A DNA stretch of 62,995 nucleotides, the filler included, from Reclinomonas americana ATCC 50394 (taxonomy: Eukaryota): NCBI GenBank assembly GCA_048213135.1. It is 13 parts of 13 records of this genome, joined end to end, with 100 filler letters (N's around TTAATTAATTAA, not from the genome) between each part and the next. Parts side by side here need not be neighbours in the genome. Positions count along the whole stretch, not along the records: positions 49,183 to 58,498 come from AFZH01021698.1; positions 58,599 to 62,995 come from AFZH01021700.1; 11 more parts are not named here. One strand, given 5' to 3'. This document shows positions 50,705 to 62,927 of this stretch, one piece after another. The stretch's first letter is position 1; each line of letters starts with the position of its first letter. A program made the position numbers and the translations under genes. The notes below the pieces were generated by a model. The model worked only from the letters and a program-made list of their open reading frames with translations. It did not search any database and was not told where the DNA came from.

Positions 50705-53648
50705 ATGGCGGGCGCGGGATGGGATGTGGGCGCCGTGTACGCCAACGACGTGGGCCTTGTCTCCGCCAGCCGCCTGAGCGGTGACGGGTCGCAGCTCGCG
50801 GGCGGAGCAGGTGGCGCCGGCTTGCTGGGCTTTGGCGGTGGAGGCGACGACGACTCGATTGTGGCCGCCGGTCTCGCCACCAATGACGTGGCGCGGCGGC
50901 GCTTCTTTGAGTTCCTGCGCCACTTTAGCATCTCCAAGGCCGGTGCGGGCGGCGCGGCGGCGGCAATGGGAGGTGCGGTCGATGTCGACGTGGCGGCGGG
51001 AGGTGGCGTCGAGTACCCGTATCGAGTGGCGCTGCGTGAGGCCGTGCATGCGCCGTCGTCGTCGTTGCGCTTTATCGTGGTCGACTTGGCCGACTTGCGA
51101 TCCTACGATGCCGATGTTGAGTGTGCACATCACAAAAACACGCATTGTCGTGCTTGCTCTCTCTGTCTCACGCATGTTGTGATGCGCAGCTGGCGGGTGC
51201 GTTGATGGAGCGACCAGCGCAGCTGATGCAAGCGGTTCGTGTTTGCTTGCGTGTGTGTGACATGCCATCTCCGACTGTGACTGGAACCTCCTTGTGCAGT
51301 TTGAGAGTGCGGCGCACGAGGCGATTCAGTTTACGGATGTGCGGCCGGCGGCGGGAGCGGTGGCGGAGATGGAGTTGGTGCCGGCGTTGTCGGTGCCGGT
51401 GCAGGTGCTGCTGCGCGGGCAGGCGTCGGAGGTCGGCGTGCGTGTGCTCTCGTCGGTGCGCATCTCGCAGCTGGTCACCCTGCGTGGCATTGTCATTAGT
51501 GCCAGCAAGACGAGGTGCGGCGAGGCGAGAGATAGTCGGGTGGTTTTTCCGAACGGGCGATGATTGATGATTGATTGTGTGTGCAGGTGCAAGGCTACTC
51601 GGCTGGGCATTCGGTGCGCGAGCTGCGGGCATGTGGCGTACATTTCGGTGACGCCGGGTATGGGTTCGGCGACGCTGCCGCGCAAGTGCATGAGCGAGGC
51701 GCAGCCGGATGGATCGCGGCCGTGCCCGGTCGATCCGTACATTATCGATCCGCAGCGATCGGCGTTCCTCAACCAGCAGGTGCTGAAGGTGCAGGAGCTG
51801 CCGGAGAATGTGCCGACGGGTGAGATGCCACGGCATGTGCTGTGCGTGGCCGATCGTACGCTCTGCGATCGTGTTGCTCCAGGTGCGTTTGCAGAATCAA
51901 TCACTGTTTCCCTCTTCGCCCCCTGTTGACGTTGATCGGTGGACGCAGGCACACGTGTTCGCATGGTGGGCATTCACTCAATCTACCAAAAGTTTGGTAG
52001 CGGCGGTCGCACGGGCGTGGGTGCGGCCGGCATTCGGCATCCGTACTTGCGTCTTCTCGGTCTGGAGTTGGCGTCGGGCGACGGTGCCGAACTGGTGCGC
52101 CCATGCCTCACATTTTTTCCTTTCCTTCGTGTTGCTGTCCGTCTCACCACCTCCTTTGTTTTTCTCGGTGCAGTTCAATCCGGAGGAGGAGGGGCGCTAC
52201 GCAGAAATCTCGCGCATGCCTGACTTGCAGGATATGATTGCGCGCAGCATCGATCCGGCCATTTTCGGTCTGGAGGACATCAAGAAGGCCATTGCGTGCC
52301 TGCTGTTTGGTGGCTCCTCCAAGCGTCTCCCCGACGGCACTCGTCTCCGCGGTGACATTAATGTCCTGCTGCTCGGCGATCCGTCGGCTGGCAAGTCGCA
52401 GCTGCTCAAGTACACGCAGCGCATTGCGCCAGTGGGTGTGTACACCAGTGGCAAGGGCAGCAGTGCTGCCGGTCTGACGGCCTCGGTCATTCGAGACAGC
52501 AGTGTTAGTACAACTCACCTTGCCTTTGTTTGTTCGCTTGCCTGCGTGCTGAATGTGTGTGTGCGCGCACAGGGCGAATTCTATCTGGAAGGCGGTTCGA
52601 TGGTGCTGGCCGACGGCGGTGTGGCCTGCATCGACGAGTTCGACAAGATGCGTGAGCAGGACCGTGTGGCCATTCACGAGGCCATGGAGCAGCAGACGAT
52701 TTCGATTGCCAAGGCCGGCATCACCACCATGCTCAACTCGCGAACCGCCGTCCTCGCCGCCGCCAATCCCTCGTTCGGCAGGTACGACGACACGCAGGCG
52801 GCTACGGATCAAATCGACTTCCAGACCACCATCTTGTCGCGTTTCGACATGATTTTCATTGTGCGTGATGTGCGCGACGAAGCCAAGGATCGCCACATTG
52901 CCACGCACGTGTTGCACATTCACCAGCAGGTGTCGTCGTCGAACATGGGTCCGGCGCCGGAAATCGACTCGGAGGAGCTGCGACGCTACATTGCCTATGC
53001 CCGACAGTTGAGTCTCGCTCGTGTTGCCTTGCTTTTTGTTTGTTTGGAAAATGTCTCTGATGAATGTCGTTGGTGTCGACGTGCAGCAAGTGCGCACCAC
53101 GCTTGGCGGAGGAGGCCGCAGCAACGCTGCGCAACGAGTACGTGGCCATGCGACAGGACGTGCGCGATGCTGCTGCAGGCAGCGGCACGGCCGCCATTCC
53201 CATTACCGTGCGCCAGCTGGAGGCCATTGTGCGTATCTCCGAATCGCTGGCCAAGATGACGCTGTCACCGGTGGCCACTGCCGAGCACGTCGCCGAAGTT
53301 GCGTTTTTTTGCTTGGCAGCTTTGTCTTCCGCCCACCCTCCTGACTGTCCCTGTTTGGTGGCGCAGGCCATTCGGCTGTTCCGCTCGGCGACACTCGACG
53401 CCGCCAAGTCGGGCATGATTGACGTGATGGCGCTGACCGATGACATGATGTCGGAGGTGCAGCAGGTGGAGGAGCGCATCCGCAGTCGCCTCGCTGTCAA
53501 CGCCTCCATGCCGGAGACAGCACTCATCGAGTTCCTGTCCTCCATGGGCTTCAACAAGGCCTCGATTCGTCGCGCCATCTTCATCATGATGAGTCGCGAG
53601 GAACTCGAGTACCGCTCACAACGACGCAAGATCTTCCGGAAACGATAA
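50705..53648 (+). CDS. MCM5: DNA replication licensing factor MCM5
   Basis: GWDVGAVY N-terminus; Zn finger CASC...LPRKC...[85 protein letters not shown]. Confidence 0.97.
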
Positions 53649-53780
53649 TCGGCCCTTGTGTTTCTTCTGTCCAATCCCAATCTCTCCTTTGCTTTCTAGA
53701 TCCTCTTCTCTCCCACCAATCCCCCTCAAAAATGTAACAAGCGTATATGTGTGTGTGTGTCGTTTCGTGTCGTCATTGTA

Positions 53781-56700
53781 TTATTGGCGACGAGCAGGCG
53801 GTGCGCGTCCTGCACTGGCGCCACTCGCAGTCGCCGCACCCGTAGTTCCGGTCGAGTTCGCGGCACCACCAGACGCCCCCCCAGTCGATGCACGCGACTT
53901 GGCGGAAGAAGAGGAAGCACCGGTAGTCGCTGTTGTCGCCGCAGACGAGGGAGCAGACGATGGCGGTGGTGGCGGCGGTACAGCTGCAGCTGTTGACGGC
54001 TGCGGAGGTGGTGGTGGTGAAACGGCCGACGCCGCGGCAGGCGCAGGAGGAGCGGTAGTGGCAGCCGAGGCAGCAGTTGGCAGTGCCGGCAAGGGGCCAC
54101 TGCTCTCCACCGTCTCTGGCAACGGACTCAACCGCGCCTCATCCTCGTCGTGCCACACCTCCTCCAACTGTGCGTCCTCCTCATTGGCAATCGCCACCGC
54201 CGCCGCGATCTCCCGGTCGGGAACGACAGGGACAGAGGGTGGCGCGAGTGCGGCGGCCTTGCGAGCGCGCACCAGCAGGCGCTGCAGCGGGCTCTGTGGT
54301 CCACTTGCACGCCGCGACCGCGGCGACGGCGATACCGAGTGAGCGACTGGCGAACTCCACGGCGAGCCGGGGAACGGCACCACGTGCTCAAGTGTCGGCA
54401 ATGACGCGAGATCGTCGTCCTCGGCCGACTGCGAAAGGTGGGGATAGTCGATCAGTACACCATTTTTACGTGAAATAGACTCTCTCCGCGACTCACCAGC
54501 TGCGGCGGTGCGAGCGCCGAGAGTCGACTCGCTGCGACACGAGCCGGTGCGGGGCCGGGGAGACCGCTGGTCGCCGCCGGTGCAACCACCACTGTTGTTT
54601 CCGCCGGACGTGCAGGAACCGGCGTGTCGGCAAACTCCTCGCGCGTCTCAAACACAAACGAGAGGCCGCAGGTCTGAGGGGGGAAAGAGAGTGAGTTCAT
54701 CGACGACAGCAAGATAAAAGCAGCGACACTGATAATGCACGTTACCTGGATGAACGAGTTGTGCCACAGCGCCACTCGCACCATACGCAGCACAGGCTGA
54801 CCGTTGAGCAGCACGGGCGCCTTGCCAAACACGATCAGCGCAAATCGCACGAGCGGCTCCTCGGGAAGACCCTCTGCACAGTGCTCCACATAGAAATGCT
54901 CACGCGACATGCGCCGAAACAGCAGCAGCGCCTCCTTTTCCGTGTCCGTCTGCACCACATCCACACGCGACTCGTGCTGCGCAAGGGTCACTACATTCTC
55001 AGTACCTTGGGGACCACAGAGCAGTGCTCATGGCGTGCGTGTACTGTACGTACCGGTGAGGGCGATGAACTCGACAGCGAGCTCATCGAGGCGTCCGAGA
55101 AGCGTCGCGAGTGGCGCATAGCTGCTGCGGCCCGTGTCTCGGCGGCTGCCGGTGCAATTGTTCCCACACGTCGCTCCTCCATGTGCGGTCGCGAAATGTA
55201 CCTGACGACACATGGGAGTAAGCCACAGAGAAAGAAAAAGGTGACCAACACTGGCGGGTCACACCGATTGCTCAGCTCCGGTGTCACATTGTGATACCGC
55301 GACGGGAACGACACTGTCGCACCGTTCTCCATCCCGCGACCAAACAGACACTGTGATGCCAAGCGCAGACGGTAAGCAAGAGTGGGGTAGTGAGAGGCAG
55401 CAAGCGCCCACATAGATGACGCAACGACAGGCGCATCAACAAGAAAGGCACACGCGTATCCGCGCAGCACACCCAGCACGCGACCCTGCTTCGTGGCCTC
55501 TTCTTCGCTCAGGGGTGGTGCAGCTACCGACGCCACTCCGTCGACCTCCATGCTGCCGCTGGGAGGCGACGTCCATCGCACACTGCGAATCAGCGCACTT
55601 GAACGCACGTCGAGGGTGAGGTTGTAACCGAGCGACACGTCGGTGGTGGGCTCGTGTATCGGAAAGAGCCGATCGCACATGAGCTCCGTTTCAATCTCCA
55701 TCGCCAACCCGAATGCTGTACGACACAACAGAGCACAGACACCGGTCCTCGTCAGCACACAAGTGGAGACAAACGCGAAGAAGGAAACCTTGAGGACGCA
55801 CCTTTCTTGTCGACATGCAAGCCAGGCTTCCAGTCGAGTGTCTCCGACCGCGCAGGCCATTCACTGCAGGCGAAAACAACACACGTCAATACACACGGCC
55901 GAAGCACACAGTGCATTATAGAAACAAGCACAACTATAGGAGGCACGCTATCTTTATGCACTACTCAGACCAGATCTTGGTTATTGCAACGCTCACAGAG
56001 TTCACGGAGCAGGTTTTGGATCATCACCGAATGCACAAAGAAAAGCACACCACTCTTCTTTCCCAATCCTCTCTCTCCCTCACATCGTAAACACCGACGC
56101 ACCTCTTTTCGTTTCGCCGAGCCACCAGCCACAGTTTTTCCAACTCAAACGACGGTGCCGTGTACAACGACTGCGCACGACGGCCCACAAATCGCCGTCG
56201 TGCCTTGGTGTGCACTGCGTGAGGGAAGGGGAACAGTCAGTGGTCAGGGAACCCAAGCGGATGCACTGGTGGATCATGCGTACCGGTAGAGTCGCACACA
56301 GTGGGCGACGACTGCGATCGACTGGCATCGGCACCGACTGACTGCGACAGCTGCGACACGCTGACACGCACACACTCCGGGACGACACGGTACTTGCGCG
56401 ACGACTCGCCACCCGAGTCGAACAACTCAGATGCACTCGGTGCCGGGCGTCGCTTGCGCAGCGGTTCCCCGTGTGTCACCGACGCCTGCGCACGGTTTCA
56501 ATAACAACAGCAACGCAAGGGGGGGAAAACAACCGTTTCCACCTCCGCCTCACCATCGACGACTCGTACGGCAAACGCGTCACCTCCTCCGCCATCTCCA
56601 GCAAATCCGACGCGGTCCTCTTGTGCGGCTGGTCACGTAGATCCACAGTATCATACGGCAGCACGTAGTGCGAGTAGTAGTACGGTTCTCCCACCGTCGG

Positions 56701-58013
56701 CACCGCCACAGCATATGGTCTCCTTCTGATGGTCGGCATTGCCACTGGCTCAGAAGCAACAGCAGCAGCAGAGGGCGAGGTCACTGCCGAGCTGCTAGAC
56801 CGTGTTGGTCTCTTCTGCATCCTCCGCTGCTGCTGCTGCTGCTGCCTCCGCCTTCTCCTCCTTTCCTCATCATCATCGTCCTCATCATCCAACAACAAGT
56901 CATCGTCCTGATCCAAATCATCATCCTCGTCCGACTCCCCCAACTCAAAGTCTTCATCATCGTCATCATCACTCAGCGCCAACATGGCCGCCGCATGCAC
57001 CGCCCTTCGCGCCGCTGCACGACCACCAGCACCACCACCACCCATTGTCCCTCCCGACCTCCGCCCACTGCCATCAGCATTCATCCCACGGTGCGGAGAC
57101 GCTCGATGATGCGACGCGTATGGTTTCGATCGCTCACGGTACACCATCGGAGCTGCCGCACTGGCCAACGACGACGCTCCGGTCCCATAAGGAGTCGCCG
57201 ACGAGGCCAGTGCCGACAACGTCGCCGCCGAAGTCGATGCCGACGACGGTGGTCCACCCGTCCCAAACAGCGGCCACACCAACGGTTGCCCACTGGGCGT
57301 CACAGCCGGCGCACCACGCTTCGTCCTCTCCTGCAAGCGCAACCGCAAGCGATAGAAATGTGCATCGATTCCACGAACAGTCCGCGACGGATGAAACACC
57401 TCTGGAAAGTGCGCCAACAGTTCCTTTGCATTTAACCGCCCCGTCAAGTTGAACTGCGTGCACGGAGGCGAGTGCGCAAGCGAAAGAGTGAGCAAGTGAG
57501 CGCACGACGTGATGTGCGATGTCACCCCACAAACGCAACTGCATCCCACAGAAAACTCTCCTCCTCATCGGTCCACACGGTGCGCCCGCCAACCACACGC
57601 GGACCATCCGACATACCCATCGCCAACGCTGTGTGTTGCTGCTGCTGTTGTTGTTGTTGTTGTTGTTGCTGACCGGGGGAAGTCACGGGCGAAACCAAAG
57701 ACGACGGACTGTCGGGCACCACAATCGCCGCTGGTGGCGGCGACGACACAGGCACAACTGGAGGAGCTGGCGGCGGTGGTGGTGGAGGTAATACAACAGC
57801 GGGAGGCGGAGTCGGAACGGGCTGTGGCGGAGGTGGTGATGTGGGCATGGACATCATCGCCACCTGCGCCGCCTCTTGTTGTTCTTGTTGTTGTTGTTGT
57901 TGAATCTGCTGCAAGTGCTGCTGCTGCTGTTGCCGCATCTGAAGCAGCTGCTGCTGTTGCACGCGCGCCAGCAGCGCCAGCATCGCCGCGGTGGCCGCGT
58001 CCGGCGCTGACAT
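53781..58013 (-). CDS. MCRS1: MCRS1/MSP58-like protein (poly-Q/Pro N-terminus, C-terminal FHA domain)
   Basis: WTDEEESFL...ELLAHFPEVFHPSRTVRGIDAHFYRLR resembles the MCRS1 middle region. LGVLRGYACAFLVDAPV|CLFGRG...MSREHF...FALIVFGKAPVLLNGQPV...LWHNSFIQ|TCGLSFVFE is an MCRS1-type FHA. The exon chain between these blocks is not fully resolved. Confidence 0.65.
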
Positions 58014-58138
58014 CAAAGTGTGTGATGTTGACAAACCTGCTCGCGCTGTCCGCGACTGTCCATTGCAACTCCTCGCACACACGCGTGTGTCAATCCTCTC
58101 TGGCTCTTAGTCATCGTGTGTGTGTGTGCTGGTGTTCC

Positions 58139-58254
58139 ATGAGCCGACCGCGATACGCTGTGTTCCTCCATGTGTACGATCTGTCACCGGTGAGTTCACT
58201 GCCTCCTCTGAGAGTGCGTGTCTCTGTCTCTCTCCCTCTGTGTGCGTGTGTCAC

Positions 58255-58288
<34 letters not shown>

Positions 58289-58434
58289 ATGTGTGTGTGT
58301 GTGTGTGCGAGGATGATGCTCACAATTCTCACACACATTTTCTCTCTTCTATTTTTGCGGTTGGGACAGGTGAACGAGTGGTCGTTCTGGGCGGGTCTCG
58401 GAGCCTTTCACTCGGGCGTCGAAGTGCACAACAC
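58139..58434 (+). CDS. PPPDE/DeSI family peptidase, first two exons
   Basis: VFLHVYDLSP|VNEWSFWAGLGAFHSGVEVHN contains the VYDL and catalytic HSGV motifs. Confidence 0.88.
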
Positions 58435-58598
58435 GTTGCGTGTATAGACAAGCCAGATTATCTTTCAAACGCGTGTTGCTGATCGTCGGCAAGCAGTGNN
58501 NNNNNNNNNNNNNNNNNNNNNNNNNNNNNNNNNNNNNNNNNNTTAATTAATTAANNNNNNNNNNNNNNNNNNNNNNNNNNNNNNNNNNNNNNNNNNNN

Positions 58599-59552
58599 CA
58601 TCGCCCGCCACAAAGTACGACGAGATCGCCGGCGAGGCGCCGTTCGTCGGCAGCAAGTTGCCGTCCGAGGTCTTCATCTTGCCATCGATAAAGGTGCGCA
58701 GCGAGTTGGCCGTGGTCGCGTCGGAGCCGTACACTTGCGAGGCGTCGATCCACGCAGTGATGTGGTTGATCTGCTCACGGCGACCGTTGATCGACTGGTA
58801 GTCGTCGCGCGACTGCGGAATGGCGCCGCCAAACAGCGGGTCCGCCGGATCCAGCACGGCAATCGACGAGTCCTGCGCGGGACTGGCGCTGGCCGTCTGC
58901 GTAATATCGTGGTCCAGGAACTGGCCCCACTGCCACACCATGCCCGACACGTTGTTGGCGGCCTCGAACTCATTTGGCTCGCCGTCGGCGTCGACGCCCT
59001 GCTGCAGCACCAGGTTGGAGATATCGCGGGCATTGGGTCCCGAGCGCAGGCTATCGTCGGCGCCGTAGTTGGCGAGGTTGGCGTAGCGAATGTACGTCTG
59101 GCCGGCGGAGCCGAGCGGGCACTTCTTTTTGTTGGGTGCCGACGCATCCGGAACGCATCGCTGCTGCAGGTTGTTGTTGGCGCCGTCAATCGAGCGCCAT
59201 TCGGGTTGCGCCGGCTGTTGCGGAGGAGGTGGCTGCTGACCACCGCCGTTCTGGGGAGGCTGCTGCTGGCCACCACCATTGTTCTGACCACCAGTGTTCT
59301 GCGGGGGCTGCTGCTGGCCACCATTGTTCTGGCCACCATTGTTCTGGCCACCAGTGTTCTGGGGAGGCTGCTGTTGTTGTTGGCCACCACCGTTCTGTGA
59401 CGGTGGAGGAGGAGCGGCTTGTGCACTGTGTGATAACATGAGGTGAGTGGGAGTGTTGTGGGGAGAGAGGGAGAGAGGGAGGAAAAGACTCACAAGACGG
59501 CCACAATGACCAAGAGTGCCAGCACGGCAAGCACACGAGGAGAGAACATCAT
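58599..59552 (-). CDS. secreted heme peroxidase (peroxidase-cyclooxygenase superfamily) with Q/N/G/P-rich N-terminal repeats; C-terminus lost in gap
   Basis: Signal peptide MMFSPRVLAVLALLVIVAVF|AQA, then RSIDGANNN, PNARDISN, WGQFLDHDI, REQINHITAWIDASQVYGS, LRTFIDGKM and FVAGD. Confidence 0.9.
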
Positions 59553-60200
59553 GATGATTGTTGTTGTTGTCGTTGTTGTTGTGTGGAAGGAGGAGGTTGT
59601 CAGGTCTCACAAGTGAGGTGCGATATAGGGTGTGGTGGTTGCAAAGGAGGCCATCGTGGCGGCTTTATGGTGCGTGCGAGTCGGGTGGCCGACAGATGTC
59701 GCGGAGGTAGACTGCAAATTGCACTCCAAATTGCGCGTGTCTGATGTGGGCGGCTTCCGGGCGCCAGCTTGCAGGGTCTTGAGTGAAAGAAAAGAGAGGC
59801 ATGATAATGGAGGTGTGAATGGGGAAATGGTGACCATCAGCTGTCGCGAGACGAAGTGGAAGCAATCAACGTTCTTGAATATCGAATCCGGACATCAAGT
59901 ACGACAACCAATCTCCCTTGCCGCGATGAAGGCAAACCTCATGCAGCGGCAGTTTGGCAGGCAGGTGCTGTAGCCACAACTAGCACAGGGAAGCACATAG
60001 TAAAACAATCTCGAAAAGCACGCCAGCGTCGACACAACGCTGTTGTGGTCAATTGCAATCGGAATAAATGCAGCGAGAAAACTGCAGGTCAAAGGTGGCT
60101 ATGCGATGAGAGTTCGAGAAACAAGAACGCACCGATGACGAAGAGAGCCAAGGCCCGCACTAAAGATCCGCACGACTCGGAACGAGCCTCGTTGTAAACG

Positions 60201-60692
60201 TCAAGTCAGTGGCTTCTTCTTCGTCCATTTGTCAACAGGCTGGCTTTCATACATGCTTACCAACTCACTTGAAGGATTGAGGACGGCACACGCCCACACG
60301 GTGACGGCAGGCGATGTTGCACCGACCGCCAGCAAAGTGGCGCCGCCGTGAGTGTCAACCACGGCCTCCACGGCGGCGATCGATGCATCGTAGGTGAGAC
60401 GCCGTGCGGGTGCATCGCGGCCTGTGCGGCTGCGCACATCCTTGTCGAAGACCTGCACGGTACCCTCCATGGTGCCGACGAATATGCGAGGGTGTGGAGA
60501 CACGCCGGTATGCGAGCGATGGTGCGCCAGAGCCACACTGAGCACGCGATCATCGGTGATGCTCTCGTCCTCGTCCTCTTCCTCTACCTTCCTGTCGCCG
60601 TCGCCGTCGCCACCTCCTCCTCCTCCACCTCGTCGTCCCGTGTGGAAGCGACCAAGCGTGCGCACGCGCAATGGGCGGCGTGTGTCGCTCAT
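60201..60692 (-). CDS. hypothetical protein with WD40/beta-propeller-like strands; 3' exons unresolved
   Basis: RIFVGTMEGTVQVFD and LLAVGATSPAVTVW resemble WD40 strands. Confidence 0.35.
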   Translation of the reverse strand: MSDTRRPLRVRTLGRFHTGRRGGGGGGGDGDGDRKVEEEDEDESITDDRVLSVALAHHRSHTGVSPHPRIFVGTMEGTVQVFDKDVRSRTGRDAPARRLTYDASIAAVEAVVDTHGGATLLAVGATSPAVTVWACAVLNPSSELVSMYESQPVDKWTKKKPLT

Positions 60693-60828
60693 GGCTGGCG
60701 TGGTGGTGGTGGTGGTGGTGATGATCACGGATAGATGATGGAATTTCTGATCAGTTGTTGGTCAATCATGCGCCAAAGAGGGGTGGGCAAGGGGGGCGGT
60801 CACGAGGGGCGCGCCGAAATAATATCAG

Positions 60829-60911
60829 CCGAAGGTAGCTCAGCTGGAAGAGCATGGGACTGTAAGTGTTCTGATATCCCAGGGTCGAGGGTTCAATTCC
60901 CTCCCTTCGGA
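60829..60911 (+). tRNA. trnY: tRNA-Tyr(GTA) with a 10-nt intron (60866-60875)
   Basis: Acceptor stem CCGAAGG/CCTTCGG with discriminator A; D-stem GCTC/GAGC; anticodon stem TGGGA/TCCCA with GTA at 60862-60864; intron at canonical 37/38; T-arm GAGGG-TTCAATT-CCCTC; C1:G72. Confidence 0.95.
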
Positions 60912-60921
60912 CCTTCGACAT

Positions 60922-61928
60922 TCAGCATGCAAATCGAAATAACTGCAGCCATATCAGTGCGCAAATAAACTCACCCTCGTTGAGCACGATGCTCCTCCGT
61001 GCATGCGGGCACTCAAGGAGACCACATGCTCGCTCCCCTCGAACGGGATTACCCGAGCCACCAATGCCCGCTGCACATCGCTGTGGTCAGTCAGCCACAC
61101 TTCCTTGCACACAACTGAAAAGAAACAGCTCACCAACTTCACGATTCTTCGTACGACGAGATGGTCACAAGATCCACACGCCGACCATCCAGACTCCGTG
61201 TCAGCAACTCACGGTGGTAGTAAATGTCCGAGTGTTCACTTTTCGAGAGTAAGGGTGTGAGTCTTGCGGTGACGCCTGGAGAAGAAGAAACACACAACAC
61301 ACACCACAACATGATATCAAAGGCCGACAGCTTATGCTGCGTCTCCTCGTACGAGTACGGTACGCAGAAGGCAAAGTAGGTGACGGCAAAGCAACCGCCC
61401 TCGCTTCCCAACGGCACTTCCTCGCCACCAGCTGGTCCGCGCTCGTAGCTGTCTGTGGTGAATACACGCCTCCACCCTCGACCACATTGTTCCACGCCTG
61501 CCGTCTCAGCGTCTTGCGATCCCACGTGCTGGTATTCAGCGAACCGCCAATGAGCAATCTCAGAGAGAGAAAAGCCTTCTCCTCGTGGCAAGCGCAACTC
61601 GGGATGTCAACGCACTCAGCATCCGACTTCGGCCAACGCTTCCACTGATCGTGTGCTCAGAGCGCATGGAGAACTGATTGGTGGGCTTGTCAAAGTCGCT
61701 ATACACGCGGCCGGGAACACGACGCCAGCCACCATCGTGCGGCAAAACGTGCGATAGAACGGTACGCGGCCGTTCGAGTACATCTTGCTCTGGTTGTTGA
61801 GATTCGTGAGTCGACAGGAGAGTGTAACGCCCTCTGGAACGCCAGCCACTCCAAAGTAGAACCACGTGCGATGCGAGGTCTGGAACGCGGTGCTCTGGTT
61901 GCACCGGGACTCGTCCACAGACAGATAT
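60922..61928 (-). pseudogene. AGBL5: degenerate, truncated cytosolic carboxypeptidase 5 (CCP5/AGBL5)-like gene
   Basis: HRTWFYFGV, NLNNQSKMYSNG, YFAFCVPYSY, DIYYHRELLTRSLDGRRVDLVTISS. Two apparent frameshifts (about 61905 and 61745). RVHPGE is degenerated to RMHGGA and the C-terminal catalytic half is absent. Confidence 0.65.
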
Positions 61929-62895
61929 CTGAAATAAAGAGGAAGCAGCTGGCATTGCTCTCCACTAATGCACACGTGTGTTGATGTGGATGGAGGGACA
62001 ACGAGTGTACGCGTGTGTTTGTGAGAGTGCAGCAATGCGACCAACCGTGGCGGAGACTGGCTGAGCAACGGTGTGTCGCAAAGGTTGGCTGCACACATAC
62101 GGCTGTGCTTCCTCTGTCTCTGCTGCCGAAAGAGACACTGTGTGTCATACAGAGTCGTGCCCCATTCTTCATACTTGCAAGAAGAGGAACGGCAACCTGC
62201 GCGCAACATGGGAGTGAGTGAGTGATGTGGTTACGGAGAACAGTCATGGGAGATGCATCATCACCTCGCACCACCCTTACTCCCCTTTCTCACCTGTCCC
62301 CTTTCCGTCAACATCGCCATCACTCTCTCCTCTCTCGCATCACAGCCAGTCTTTTTTGAGACTCGTCGGCCTTTGTCTGTCGTCTTCTGTATCGAATCAA
62401 CGGAAGAATCACTCTTCCATCACCGCGACAGTGTGTGAAGCAGCGGCACAATGGCCTCTCCTCCTCCTCCGCCTTGCCCTCACTCAACAACAACTCCTTT
62501 GCTGCCAATGTCTGCCTCTTCTCCATGCGACGAGAAAGCAGACACGCTCATCGACAGCAAGCAGCATGTGACGATGATGATGCAGATGCATTCCTCCTCT
62601 TTCATCAACAGCAACGATGATACGAAGAAGAATGCATCGGGGTCGTCTGCTCACAGTGGTGTGCCTGCGATGGCGAGGCGACGAGTGCCTGTCTCCTCTT
62701 CTTCTACGTCTGTCACCACCACCAGCGTCACTGCCAAGACAGGTGTGTGTTTGCGTCTCACTTTCTCTCTGTGCGCGTGCTGCACTTGTGTTGCTGTTGC
62801 ATACTTGATCCTCGTTATGCGGTCACTGCTGTGTGCACTCCCTTCCTCTCTGTGTTTGATTGTGTTTTGCGCACCAGATGATGACGGGGAATTCA

Positions 62896-62897
<2 letters not shown>

Positions 62898-62927
<30 letters not shown>

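Noticed and set aside
61139..61141. In-frame TGA after ISSYEES in the CCP5-like gene, as stop-codon reassignment or selenocysteine
   Set aside because: It can lie in an intron of about 60 nt (TC|GTGAAG...CTGACCACAG|C). TGA, TAA and TAG all end genes normally elsewhere in the window.
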